Assembly (NCBI RefSeq): GCF_001194135.2
Contig: NC_069005.1
Location: forward strand, 8,432,787 to 8,496,786
Source of the DNA: Octopus bimaculoides
Lineage: Eukaryota
Length of the DNA stretch: 64,000 nt
Direction: 5' to 3'
The translations under genes and the position numbers were made by a program. This document shows positions 1 through 13,255 of the stretch, one piece after another. The first letter of the stretch is position 1; every line of letters starts with the position of its first letter. The notes beneath the pieces were generated by a model, which saw nothing but the letters and a program-made list of their open reading frames with translations, did not search any database and was not told the origin of the DNA.

Positions 1-1079
1 TATTATTTTGCATTTAGTTCCTTGTACTACCACATAAAGCAGGATGTTATATTTTCCTTAAATTTATTATTTTTTGTGGGGAGCTCTTGTTTTTAATATT
101 AGATACTCCTTTCTATCGTTAAGTACTATAATTAATATATATATGTGTGTGTGAGTGTGCACTCATGTATGTGCATGCACACACACACACACACCTTCTC
201 CAACAGCAGTCTCACCTGGTCCCTAAGTATTCTTTGTCTTTATTCTATTGCTTCTTACCCTTATTTTCTGATGAAGGACACTTTCCTTTTCTTTTCAAGC
301 ATTATATTAATAATACCTTGCTTAAAACTTATCCCACATGTGTTTTTCTTGTTTTAGCTCCTTCATCAAGTATGTCTGAGTGGCATGCACTTTCTACCAG
401 TATGTAACATTTCAGCAAGAAGAATATCAATGTTAGCTATAGTTGCCTGGATAACATCACTTTTCAGATTTTGTACCACAACACAAGACATATCTTTAGG
501 CTTTTATAAGTACAGTGTAATCCCTTTCAATGCTATCAGCAGATGGTGTTATAGAAAGCATTTGCACTGTATTATGCAGAACACCTAAAGATCAAATACA
601 ACTAGCACATAGTTTTATTTACATTGAAATAAAATTAATTTCACCTCTCTGCCTCAGTATATCTGGAAATTAAAAAAAAAGAGAAAATCCAAAAACATTA
701 CAATGACTGAGAGTATTATGGATGTCACAACGATGTACAGCAGAGGAGCAAAGAGATTTGACTTACGCTGTCTGAAAAGTACCATTTTCTCACACAACTG
801 TGCAGATTTTTGAATGTTAAATTCAAAATTTTAAACTTTTGTCATTACAAGACAAAATTCTTGTTAAAGTCTTTGCAAACCCAGCCTTCCTTATCTGATC
901 AATAAATGTCTGGACTGTTGCCATAGTAATGAAATTAAAGCATGTAGAGTGAAGTTGCTTGGCACAAATTGACCTTGAACTCTGCTGTGCATGCACATTA
1001 AGTTTTAACATTCTAGCTCACTTCCACTGTTTACAGCACTGCTTGGAAGGAAGGTGTGATCAAACCTCATATGTGTGTC

Positions 1080-1116
<37 letters not shown>

Positions 1117-1159
1117 ATATACATTATATATGTACATATGTATGTATATACATTGTGAA

Positions 1160-1520
1160 TGTGCATGGCTCAGTGGTTAGAATGTCAAACTTAGGATCGT
1201 AAGGTTGTGAGTTTGATTCCTGGACCAGGCTGCGTGTTGTGTTCTTGAGCAAGACACTTCATTTCATGCCGCTCCAGTTCACTCAGCTGTAGAAATGAGT
1301 TGTGACATCTCTGGTGCCAAGCTGTATCAGCGTTTGCTTTTCTCTTGGATAAAATTGGTGGTGTGGTGGGGGGAGGCCGGTATGCATTGGCAACTGCTAG
1401 TCTTCTATAAAAACAACCCTTATGTATTTGCCGGTGAGGCGACTTTCCGCCCAGACTTGTACCCCGGAGGGGAACCTCTGAGGTGCAACCATGGCCATTT
1501 GTGACCAACCGAGTCAAGTT
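1160..1520 (+). mobile_element. tRNA-derived SINE, family A (subtype 2)
   Basis: Head GTGCATGGCTCAGTGGTTAG (box A-like) and GAGTTTGATTCC (box B-like), then GTGTTGTGTTCTTGAGCAAGACACTTCATTTC...GCTCCAGTTCACTCAGCTG. The same core recurs at 10370-10610, 47354-47672 and 47770-47890. Confidence 0.75.
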
Positions 1521-1554
1521 ATGTATATACATCTATGTATATCTTTTATTTTGT

Positions 1555-1790
1555 TTTTTCTTTTACTTGTTTCAGTCATTAGACTGCGGCCATGCTGGGG
1601 CATTGCCTTGAAGACATTTAGTCAGATGAATTGATCCTGGTTCTTATTTTTCTTGTTTTATAAGCCTACTACTTATTCTATCAGTCTCTTTTGCTGAACT
1701 GCTACATCAAGGGGGATGTAAACACACCAACACTGGTTGTCAAAAGGTGGTTGGAGACAAGCACAGGCACAAAGGCAAGCGTACACACAC
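1555..1790 (-). mobile_element. 3' part of SINE family B
   Basis: TTTTACTTGTTTCAGTCATTAGACTGCGGCCATGCTGGGGC...GTAAACACACCAACACTGGTTGTCAA. Recurs at about 3990-4150, 28918-29010, 32860-32990, 37190-37375, 41290-41480 and 61100-61275. Confidence 0.7.
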
Positions 1791-1811
1791 ACTCTCTCTC
1801 ATATATACATG

Positions 1812-1930
<119 letters not shown>

Positions 1931-3784
1931 AAACCCCCACACAGAAGGTGAGAGAGAGTTCTGTATGAAAAGTGGTTTTATCTTTCTCATAAAAGCTAAA
2001 AATGAAGCCGTTTTATTTATTTTTTTTTTTTTTATACATTTAGTGACTCTCCACAAGGAAACATAATCTTTATTATTCCTCATTCCAGCCACTGTTCATT
2101 CTTCAATGAAAATAACTGAAATGAAGTGTAGCAATTGGAGTTTAAATGTATCTTGAGAACTGCATTGGAAAGAAAGTAAATATAAAAAAAACGAATCTAA
2201 ATATAAATAAAAAGCACCCCTTCCTCTCCAAACACACAAAGAATACAAGAAGACAAAAGAAAACCATTAAAAAAAGAATAGGAAAGGAAAAGAAGCATCT
2301 CATACATTTTAGTCTATGTCTATCTGAAGATACTGAGTTCAATTAAATTAGCTGCTCAATTTTCACCTTCCTTTCTGCATTTTGTTTTGATATTTCTTTT
2401 TGTTTTCAGCTTTTTTTTTTAACATTTTAGTCTTTTCTTTATTTTATATTTGTGATTTTTTTTTCTTCACATTTCGTCTTGCACTTTTTCTCTTTCATTC
2501 ACTTTCATTTACCCACCCCTCTTATCTGACCTGTGAGAAGGGTTATTCAAAAAATAAACTAGGTATTAACTCCAAAGGTGAGATTTTCTTCAAATGCTCA
2601 CACTTCCTGTCTTCCTTTACACCTTTCCGCTCTTCTTCTTGCTCCTCATCTTCTCTCACAAATGTCTTCTTCTTGTAACTTCTATCTTCTTCTGTTTCTT
2701 TTTATTTTTTTATTTTTTTTATTTTTCCATTATTCTATCTATTTCTGGTCTTCTTTTGGCTTCTATTTTAAATTTTGCTTCATCTTTTTTTTTATTCACT
2801 TCTCTGAATTGCTCTTTCTTTTCTTTCTTTCTTTTTCTTTCTTTCTTTCTTTCTCATCAACTCCTTTAACCATTTACAATTGTCATTGCTTTGGTGGAAC
2901 CAGTTTTTTTTTCACTTAAATTTACATTTATTTTATCACTGCTTTTTCTCTCCCACTTGCCTTCTTCCCAGATTTTTATGCTCACATATGTAGATTATTG
3001 TTTTTGTTATTGCTTACTCCTGGAATGGCCTTAAACAAGTAGGCATTCTATCAGTGACCATCCTCTCTTAATTTTTAAAGTCATTTTCCTAGTATCCTGC
3101 CTTAGTTTTTAATACAGAATTTGGGAGAGATTTGGCTGCTCTTTCTGGCAGCTCCAGTTACTACTTCTGATTTTTGAATTTTATTTTTTTCATCTTATTG
3201 GTTTATACTTCTCTGTGTTTCTTTTTATGTTCATTTTTATTAGGAAACCATATGAGAGATTGTTTGTGGTTAATGTGAGGACATCCTTGAATAAATGAGT
3301 ACTGCTCTGATCAAAAGCAGTCCAGCTGTGATCAATCTCTATTTTCTTTTCAATTTAAACACCAGGAAGTAAAAATTGCTTGCTATTTCTAGCACTCTGA
3401 GCAACCACATGGAACCCTTTCATTGGCTTTATTCCCTGTCAGTTATGATCAAGCCGATCTATAATCTTTGGTGCCCCACCTGTAATCATCTGTCTTTATT
3501 CAGACACATTGCACTTTAGACCACATAATCAAACATGTCTTTCTTTTCTATGATGCTAACTAGCAAGAGAGTGGTGTGAGGAAGATTTAGTTATATTCCT
3601 GTCTGGTGGAACAACCACTCACAGAGATTCTTGTATTGTCTTTAGCTCAGGTGGTTTCCTATTGTTGTTACTGTCACTTTTGCTCCTTACAATTTTGTTC
3701 ATTGTAAGGCCCGAGTGTTTACCCAGTGTTGAAGTTAACCATTCCATCATGATGATCTATCCATGGAACTTATTCCATAAAACT

Positions 3785-3955
3785 GGGAAATTGAGTTCAA
3801 ATTCTGCCGAGGTTGACTTTGCCTTTCATCCTTTCGGAGTTGATTAAATACGTACCAGTTGCGCACTGGGGTTGATATAATCGACTTAATCCATTTGTCT
3901 GTCCTTGTTTGTCCCCTCTGTGTGTAGCCCCCTGGGGGCAAAAAAGAAATAAGAA
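3785..3955 (+). mobile_element. SINE family C (5'-truncated)
   Basis: GAGTTCAAATTCTGCCGAGG (box B-like), then TTTGCCTTTCATCCTTTCGGAGTTGATTAAATACGTACCAG. Multiple copies in the window. Confidence 0.7.
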
Positions 3956-5384
3956 ACTGAAAGAAGCCCATCGTATTTGTGCATATATATATTTCTATGT
4001 GTTGGTGTGTTTACATCTCCGTAAATTAGTAGTTTGGCAAGAGAGATTGATAGAATAAGCATCAGGCTTTAAAAAAAAAGTACTGGGTCAATTCATTTGA
4101 CTAAAAATTCTTCAAGGTGGTGCTCCAGCATGGCCACAGTCTAATGACTGAAACAAGCAAAAGGTAACTAAATAGATAGATAGATAGATAGATAGAACCA
4201 CATACTATAGGATTTTGAAATTGTGGACAAAGATTTCAGTAATTGGTTTAATTTCAAAGCCAGTTTACCTATAGACTCTGGGTGGAGTTGAGCAAGAGGT
4301 CAGTCAAGTAAATAGTAAACTGATTCAACGTTGTTTCTCTTGCAGCATTTGGACAATAACTGGAGTTGCTTGCTATATGAAAAAGTTTCCAGCTATGATG
4401 TCATTTATTTATTTCAGTTTTATTGGATATTTTCAATTTACTTTGGAATATATGGTATGTGTATGCAAGTGTATTTCAACATGCATGCATGTATGTATGT
4501 ATGTATGTATGTATGTATGTATGTATGTATCTATCTATCTATCTACATACATACATACATGTGTCTTTGTGTCTATGGATGTGTGTGTATGTATGTATAT
4601 ATATTATATATGTGTATTTATATATGTGTATGTGTATGTTTGTATCTGTTTATATGCATATACATGTATGTATTTATGTATGAACATATATATGCATGTG
4701 TGTTTGTTTGTGTATATATGCTTATATATGGATGTGTGTATGCATAAATATATATATATAAATATATATATATACGTGGGTGTATGTATGCTTATTTCTC
4801 CCTTTCTTTTTCCTTCACTTCCTAATTGTGTACATGGTTGTATATATATATACCTGTGTATGTGTGTGTGAATATATATATATATATATATATATGAGAA
4901 AAGAATATATACCTGGAGAAAAAAGAAAGCTATTTGATATAGTAGAATGCAATAAAATTAATTTTAAGCTGAAACTTCACAAATTACAACTTTGAGTTTC
5001 ACATTTACCAATTCTCAACCAATAATGGAAATGAAACAACTGATCTCATATTTATATACAAAATAAATAGCCATTGAATATGAGATGCATATTAACAAAA
5101 GAAAAACTTTTCATTTGTTCAGAACATGTGACAGTGTGCTACAGTGCTATCTAGCATTTAACCGTTACGCATTTTGAAATATTTCAACAAAAAAATTTGA
5201 TTTTGATTTATTGCAACAAAATGATATTGGCACAGAACGAGTAGTTAGGATATAACTCCTATGGAACAATATTGATTGTTCTGGGTTTTTTTTTTTCTCA
5301 GAAATACAAAGATCACCACCATCATTACCCTGAACATAAGGTTTGGCATATTCTAATGTGTGTGTCTATATATGTGTGTATATC

Positions 5385-5650
5385 ATCATCATCATCATTA
5401 TCGTCATTTAATGTCTATTTTCCATGCTGGCATGGGTTAGATTGTTTGACTGGGACTTCTAAGCCGGAGAGCTGCACTAGGCTCCAGTTGTCTGCTTTGG
5501 TTTGGATTCAAAGGCTGGATGCCCTTCCTAACATCAACCACTTTACAGAGTGTATTAGGTGTCTTCTTTGTGTCACAGGCACGGGTGCCTTTTCCATGTC
5601 ATTGACACTGGCAATGACCATAATTCACTTACTATGATGTGTCTTCTTAA
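5385..5650 (-). mobile_element. SINE-like family D with (GAT)n tail
   Basis: (ATC)n, then TTTAATGTCTATTTTCCATGCTGGCATGGGTTAG...GGCTGGATGCCCTTCCTAACATCAACC. More than ten copies in the window. Confidence 0.7.
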
Positions 5651-5693
5651 GCACAGCAAAACACCAGATTTATCTATGTATATCATACATTGG

Positions 5694-5797
5694 CACAGGC
5701 ATTTCTCTGTGGTAAGGAGTTTGCTTCTCAGCCACATGGTCTTGGGTTTAATCCCACAGCATGGCACCTTGAGCAAGTGTCTTCTACTATAGCCCCA
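5694..5797 (+). mobile_element. SINE family B head (tRNA-like)
   Basis: CAGGCAT...TGTGGTAAGGAGTTTGCTTCTCAGCCACATGG...GGGTTTAATCCCAC...GGCACCTTGAGCAAGTGTCTTCTACTATAGCC. Other heads at about 9627, 16535, 17510, 20525, 36955 and 60790 (+), and 16000, 18540, 45900, 51580 and 55810 (-). Confidence 0.65.
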
Positions 5798-6188
5798 AGA
5801 TGGAGAGAGTGAGCTTATGTGTACACAAATATTTTGCTGCTGTATCTTGCAAGTTGATTACCTATCATTTTTATATCAGAGACTATATTCTTCAATATAA
5901 ACTTTATCTAAATTGGTAAAGTGAGAAAGTTTTGGCTGTTATTTTCAACCAGCTGAATGACTGTACATCTGCAACTTGTTGGACAAAATTGTTTGCCAAT
6001 GAACAGCTCCCACTCTCTTCTGTCTTACACTCTTTATTAAATATCTTCATATCTTCAGAGCAGGTGGCTGAACTAACAGGCTAGTTACATCATTACTTCA
6101 GTCACTTTTAGAGACAATGTGAGTTTTGATAGGAAGAGTAAATTTCTTTTTTTGGTAGGGTTACATACCTTAACACACACGTGTACGT

Positions 6189-6225
<37 letters not shown>

Positions 6226-6845
6226 TATATACAGAGGATGGATTACATGGTTCTGGAAATGTAAATACTTTTGTATTGAATTGTTGGAAAAGGAGCTGAA
6301 GTGGTCTCTTTTTTACTTCTTATTCTTCAGGCTTGTATTTTACAGCAAGTTGCTGCTTTCTGCCAACATGCAACTCATTTGTTTAAGAGGCATCCCTAGA
6401 ATATACAAGCCCCCACCCACCAATACTCTGTAGACATTCTCTTAGTATTTATTTAGTCAATGAACCAGTGGGACATTGTCAGCTTAATAGTCTCTTGATC
6501 TGCTCAATATAACAGTTAAATCATTGTCAATAAACTCCCTGCTTTCCTTTAACAATGGAATAAAATGGTAGGAAGATGGGTGAGTGGATGGTTAAGTGCG
6601 GAAGAAGAAGAGGTAATCGAGTAGTAGTAGTAGTAGTGGTGGTGTTGAATGAATTGATAGTGCTGGTGGTAGTGGTGGTGGTGCTGGTGTATGGCTATAA
6701 AGACTGAATGGCTATAACTAGAAACATCAACTGAATACGTTGTTTTATTGGTTGCCATTTTTCTCTTACTCTGTATGCATGTCCCTGTTGATATGTGAGT
6801 GGGTGTCTGTGTGTGTAAATGTGTTTTACTATATACGTATATATC

Positions 6846-6936
<91 letters not shown>

Positions 6937-7118
6937 ATATGCATATGTGTGTGTGTGCATGTGTGTATACATGTATATATGCACACACCCACATATGTAC
7001 ATACATATACACACACACATATGTAGGTGGATACAGGTGTGCATGTATGTGTGCGTGTGTGTATATGTTAAATTGTGTTGTATGTATGTGCATTCATGCA
7101 TGTGTATGTGTGCCTGTG

Positions 7119-7166
<48 letters not shown>

Positions 7167-7269
7167 TCTATATATAAAGTATCTGTATATTACAACCTTT
7201 TCGCTTTTCCCCTGTGTCTTTTTTCTCTCATTCTAGCATATTCAATCCTACTTGAAAATTGCACACATG

Positions 7270-7311
<42 letters not shown>

Positions 7312-7525
7312 ACCGTTTGCGTGCAAAAATCATCAATTTATCATACACATGCATGTAGATGTGTCCAAATGCATAATATAGATTCATACACACACAAACA
7401 CACATATACACATACACACATTTACATATGGTCATACATGTGCACACATACATATGCATACCAGAATGAATAAGAAGTGAGGACATTGGATGGGAATAAG
7501 CAAAAATAATAATAATAATGATGGC

Positions 7526-7556
<31 letters not shown>

Positions 7557-8145
7557 GTAGTAGTAATAATAATAATAATAATAATAATAATAGTAGTAAT
7601 AATGATAATAATAATGGTGATGATGATATATTAAGTTCTTTATGTCCTTATAGAGAATGCATAAAATCAAATTTTCTGTCTTTGCTGGTCACAAGACAAT
7701 TCAGTTGTCACAGTTTTGAATTGATATGGCTGTGCAATAGATATATTTTCATTTTCTTTGTACAGTTTTCACCCCAACCCCTTTCTCACGCACATTACAT
7801 CTTCATATATGTAGTTTCTAGTTTATGTGAGCTGTGCAAACAGATATGATATCTACTCTGCTGTCCTCAGCTCTGCTACTGCGGGTTCTTAATATAGGTA
7901 AGGCAGAGAGGTATTTGCCAATTTTTTAATGTTTTGTCTTTATAATTTTTTATGTATTTTTTTATTTATTTTACAGTTGACAATACTTTATTCAAAATAC
8001 CTAGGACTAGAACTCTTTCAAATTTTGGATTTTTTTTTCGTGTTTGTATTATGGGATTATTGTATATTTGCTCTGTAAAGTAGGAGAGCTTGAAAATGGG
8101 ACCCAAATTTAAACATATTATCCATTTGCATTTTATTATACAGCT

Positions 8146-8182
<37 letters not shown>

Positions 8183-8412
8183 NNNNNNNNNNNNNNNNNN
8201 NNNNNNNNNNNNNNNNNNNNNNNNNNNNNNNACACATACATACCATGAAGGTAGTTTTATATAAATTTTGTGCTTGTTCAGTTTCATGCATGCAACAGCC
8301 TCATTTTGTGAGTGCTTCATTTAATAAACTTTCACCTCATTATCACACTTTTTTCATCTTTTCTATCACATTTTTATTAGACTCAGGTGAGGATACACAC
8401 GAAAACCTAATT

Positions 8413-8677
8413 CAGTGTTTCTCAACCATTTTTTTTTTACCTATGAACCTCTTTGATTCCTATTTTACTCAGGTGCCCCCCCCCCCCAACCAGTCAATGT
8501 TAAAAAAATCCTATTATATTTTTGTAATTAAATATTACTAAGAATCATATATGAAAAGGAATTGTTAAAATGTTTTGTGTATTGTTGAAGTATAACCTAT
8601 TTACTACACACAATTTTTAACAGCAAAATTTTATATGGTCCCTTAAGTGTGATATGGACCCTGGTTGAGAACACCTG
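8413..8677. mobile_element. hAT (Charlie-like) MITE
   Basis: TIRs CAGTGTTTCTCAACCA / TGGTTGAGAACACCTG, no coding capacity. The 8-bp TSD is not preserved (ACCTAATT vs ATCTTTGT). Confidence 0.7.
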
Positions 8678-9048
8678 ATCTTTGTACCTACTTCTCCTCT
8701 TCTGATGATCAAATGCTGGAGCTGGTGCATTACTGTACCAACACCTGTAGTTCTAGCATCTGATTCAACCTCTTGATTCCCATCGCTTGCGAATATGGCC
8801 CCCAAATACTTCAGCCTCTCTGCTTGTCTCAGTGTTGTTCCTCTGGTATGCAGAGTGCACCAGAGAGACTTTTTTGGGGAGTAGACCACTGTCTCCATCT
8901 TTGCAACACTAATTCTCATCCCTGCTTTGTAGCACTCAGCAGTGAACCAATTCAATGAATGCTGGAGAAAACCTTCTGATGAGCCGACTTGTACCATGTT
9001 GCCTGCAAATATCAGCCTATTGATGCTGCACCCACCAATTGTGATACC
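8678..9048 (-). pseudogene. RTE-clade (Expander/Rex3-like) LINE reverse transcriptase fragment
   Basis: Translation GGCSINRLIFAGNMVQVGSS..LQHSLNWFTAECYKAGMRISVAKMET...LKYLGAIFASDG..EVESDARTTGVGTVMHQL follows the RT pattern LLFADD..LQ....F...C...GM.IS..K.E...FKYLG. The catalytic ADD is mutated. Confidence 0.85.
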
Positions 9049-9059
9049 ACTTCAATAAT

Positions 9060-9215
9060 TACCTCATTATCCACACTTCTGTTAACCTCATTATCATGCT
9101 TCTCTTAGTCTTACTACAACACTTCCATTTGCCTCATACCTCTGCTGGCCTAATTATCACACTTCTGTAAACCTTCTTGTCACACCTCTATAAGCCTCAC
9201 ACTTTTGTTAGCCTC
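9060..9215. repeat. Degenerate minisatellite, unit about 20-24 bp
   Basis: Repeated variants of ACACTTCTGTTAACCTCATTATC. Confidence 0.5.
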
Positions 9216-10369
9216 ATATAGGAATGAATAAGACATAGAAATAAATAACTCTGTATAACTATCTTAGACCATGATAAGCTGTCTAACTCCTGTTTGGATA
9301 TCATCATTGTATTACCATCACTGCAACTGACACCATCCCACCACCACCATCTCGACATGGATGCGAAAATGGATGTGAAACTGTTCATAATAATGACATT
9401 GTCCTGTGTAGCTTTTCTTTTTGAAGATAGACAATTGCGATTTGAGAGTGATTTAGCATCTATTTTTTGCTGGTCATCAGCTTGATATGTGTGTAGCTTG
9501 TACTTTGTGTGGGCAGTGTACAGAAAATTGGCATCTGCTTTAATCTCTTGAACTTTCTGCATGTGTTTGAGGGAACTGAATTAAATTAACTTTAATTTTT
9601 TCACATTGCTTACTTAGATAGAGACACGACTTAGTGGTTAAGAAGTTTCACAACCACGTGGTTTAGAGTTCAGTTCCACTGTATGGTATCATGGGCAAAT
9701 GTCTTCTACTGTAGCTCCAGTCCAATCAAAGCCTTATGAGATGATTTGGGAGATGGAAACTGAAAGAAGCACATAATTGTGTGTGTGTGTGCACGTGTGC
9801 ACATGTGTGTGTACATGCATACATGTGTTTACATATGAGCTTCTTTGAAAATTTACTCATCTACAAGTGAAGATGTAATTTCTCCTATCAAATGGTTTAC
9901 AACTCTGATAGTGTGTGTAATAAATGATCTCTTGCTTGATAAACAAGTAAGGGTTAGCAGCAGGAAGGACATCCATCTGATTGCAAAACGATGCCTGGGT
10001 CATGTATTCATCTAATCTATGCTTGCATAGCAAAATGAATGTCAAAAAAAAAAAGGGAAAAATAAACACTGATGTTAGAAAAGACAGACCAGTTCATGTG
10101 ATGTGGTGCTTCTTAATAAGGTCTGAGGAAACCATGACTCAAAATTTCTCCTCAAAGCAGAGACTTGTTCTAGCTCCATGTAGTGGAATGATACTCCACT
10201 GAGAGACACCTAAAAACTCTGTCCTTAGGCATTCCCTTAGCAATATTTCCTGTATTCTGTTTCTTAGACAAGACACTGTAACTATATCACTGATAATATC
10301 ATCATATTGAAACTTGGTTCTTATTTGACCTTTTCTTTCTTGTATTCTTTTATTAGTCTTATTCAGTCA

Positions 10370-10610
10370 GCCTAAAGGCAGTAACCTAGTGGTTAGGTTG
10401 TTGCACTTAGAATTGCAAGAGACCATGGTTTCAGTTTGTGGACTGGGCAGTGTGTTGTGTTCTTGAGCAAAACACTTCATTTCATGTTGCTCCATTCTAC
10501 CCAGCTGCAAGTAAGTCAACCCTGCATCCGGTTCAGGGAAAGTATTTTCATCTCAGTCACTTACAGGCTATGGAAACTAGGTAGTTGGGCCTATGAGTTC
10601 TAGGACTTAT
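10370..10610 (+). mobile_element. SINE family A (subtype 2), decayed
   Basis: GTAACCTAGTGGTTAGG head, then GTGTTGTGTTCTTGAGCAAAACACTTCATTTCATGTTGCTCCA core. Confidence 0.6.
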
Positions 10611-10684
10611 AACAGTAATGTCCGGTGGGGTTACTCATTCAATGGTGATGGGTCCTCTTTCAAATGATTTTTTATGGTTTAGTT

Positions 10685-11053
10685 CAGTGGCTCTTGACCA
10701 GGATCCATATGGCCCCTGAAGATCCACATAAGATTTTTGGGGATCCACACCACAAAACAGTAATTTGGGAATCTACAATAGTATTTTAAGGGCCCCTGAA
10801 AAAATTTTGATTTAGATGTATGTATTGGTATGTATTTTATTCCACCAGAATAAAAGAAACAGCCAGGTTTCTTTCTCTAACATCTGACATAGTTCGACCT
10901 ACACAAGTTAATGCATGAAAAAGAAAAGGGAATTTTGAAAGAAGTTTCTAGACAACTAGTTTTTGATCATAGAATGGCTATTGTGGCTCACCAGAATAAA
11001 ATATTAATCAAAGGGGTACATAGATAAAAAAAAAAAATGGATGAGAACCCCTG
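10685..11053. mobile_element. hAT MITE with perfect 8-bp TSD
   Basis: TIR-like ends CAGTGGCTCTTGACC / GGATGAGAACCCCTG. TSD GTTTAGTT at 10677-10684 and 11054-11061. Confidence 0.8.
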
Positions 11054-11216
11054 GTTTAGTTGGAGGAAGAAGGGTAACTCCTATATTAGCTTCTAAGGCT
11101 TCTGATATTGCTTGGAAGACAGGAGCAAAATGTACCCCTGAAACGGAGACAGGGTGGGATTTGTATAAACCACCCAAATGTCAGGTGCTAGTGTTAAACT
11201 GAGCAATAATACAGAT

Positions 11217-11400
11217 TAATACTTTTGTTAGTCGAAATACACTGCTTGTGTTTCACTTAATTTTGAGAAAAATATTAAGAATTTAGTAAAATAACTTTGC
11301 CACACAAATTAACAAGAAATTTTGACAGAAAGACAGAAGTGAGATCGTTTTTAAAACAGGTCATTTGTATCATAGAATCTTGGGTTGGTATCAAAAAGTC
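11217..11400 (+). mobile_element. Decayed TTAA-type (piggyBac-like) MITE
   Basis: Same internal sequence as 59073-59277 (+) and 39454-39672 (-), for example TTTAGTAAAATAACTTTG and TTTGTATCATAGAA..GGTTGGTATC. Confidence 0.5.
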
Positions 11401-12103
11401 TATCTTGTTGATTATACTTCTCCGATACTTATTTATAGATACTTGTATGATATGAAATGCAAAGTAGATGTGGGCACCATTGCGGATAGTGGTGATGGTG
11501 GCGGTGATGGTAACATGGTGATGATGTTGGTAGTGGTGGCCAGAGGATGATGATATGATAATGGTAGTGGTGATGGCAATACACCGATGGTTGTGGTAGT
11601 GGTTAGAGATGGTAACTCAGTGATATTAGTGGTGACGGCGTAGTTGATGGTAAAATTGGTGGTGCTGGTAATGGTAGAGATGATAGAACAGAGATGGTGG
11701 CGTAACGGCGGCGACGTTGGTGGGGATTGTAAGAAAGTTTTAGTGATGGTGAGAGTGAAAGCACAGGGGTGGTGGTTGTGGTGTTAACAAAGTGGTATTA
11801 GTAGTCTACTAGTAGTTATTATCTGACTTTTATAATAAGGTTAAAGTTCAAGACAAATTTACTCTAATGTGTGTATTTATAGGTATATCTGTGTGTACAT
11901 GTGTCTGTGCATGTGTGCGTGTGTGTGTATACATACGTATGTCAATATAGGTACATCTGTGCATGTGTATGTCTGTATACATACATGCATATGTCAATAC
12001 AGGTATATCTGTGTGTGTATATATATGTCGATATATGTGTTTCTATGCATGTGCGTGTTTATGCGTATATATATATATATATTTCATGCATATATATATG
12101 TGC

Positions 12104-12139
<36 letters not shown>

Positions 12140-12341
12140 AATTTTGCTTCAGTGTAGCTTCAGGCAAGACTCATATATTTTATCTTACTTTATTTAATTT
12201 TTTCTTTTTTTTTTTGACTGAAAATTAATTCTTTTTGCCATAAAAGTTAACTCGTGTAACTGGTAAGGATGTGGAGGTTGGCTGGGAGATGAGATGTTCC
12301 AGAAAAAAAAAAAACTTTTTCTCTGAAGGAAGTTTCTTTAA

Positions 12342-12378
<37 letters not shown>

Positions 12379-12810
12379 TTCAATGTCTTCAGCTTCTTCT
12401 GTATATATATAATATATATATACATTTTTTTTTACTTGTTCATCATTATAATTTTCTTGTTGTTGTCTTCTTTAGCTGGTCTGTTGGTATGTTTGTTGGT
12501 TGGTTGGCTTCCTATCTCCTATAAACATTGCTGACCTCGCTCCTCCCCCTCCATCACACCTACCTGACTCTTCTCCTCTTCTGCTCCATCGCTATGCAAA
12601 ACCTCCTACTCCTGCCACCTTTACCGATTGACTCCCTCCTCCCTCACCTTCACCCACTCTTCTGTCTGTCTATATGTCCCCTCCACTCTATCTCTGTGTC
12701 TCTTTTCCTGTCTCTGTCTCTCTCTCTCTCTCTCATACACAACAGTCAAAGTAACATCGACCTACTTTGGATTGAACTTACAAAGAAACAAGAAGAAAAT
12801 AATAATAATC

Positions 12811-12841
<31 letters not shown>

Positions 12842-13214
12842 TTCATCATCATATAATTATTTTGTAAACAAAATAAAACAAAACAACACTATCAAAACTG
12901 AACAAACATGTACACACACACACACAATTCTCAAATGCATATATACACATTTGCATATGTATCCACACATACACATACATTCATTGAGATATAAATGTAC
13001 ATCTACACATACACGCATATATATTGTAACATGCATATGTATGTGCACACACAAACACACACTCACACACACACACACACACACTCACACACACACACAC
13101 AGACACAAATGCGTGTGCTAAGAATTTTTTTGTGAGAAAGGTAATTAAAAGACCACTGCCAACAACAAGAAGAAAAATAAAATTATATGTGTAAACAAAC
13201 AACACACAATGTGC

Positions 13215-13255
<41 letters not shown>

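Noticed and set aside
359-1011. Exon-like open frames near the window start (LLHQVCLSG..., YIWKLKKKRK..., TVQTFIDQIRKAG...)
   Set aside because: Splice-like signals occur on both strands, the frames need frameshifts or end in stops, and I recognised no family. A few short matches to HEAT-type proteins were not collinear across the window.
5953-6118. Apparent exon LNDCTSATCWTKLF...LVTSLLQSLLET with donor GTGAGT
   Set aside because: It needs a 1-nt frameshift, and the acceptor overlaps a dispersed repeat motif (TTTGGCTGxTATTT...) seen several times in the window.
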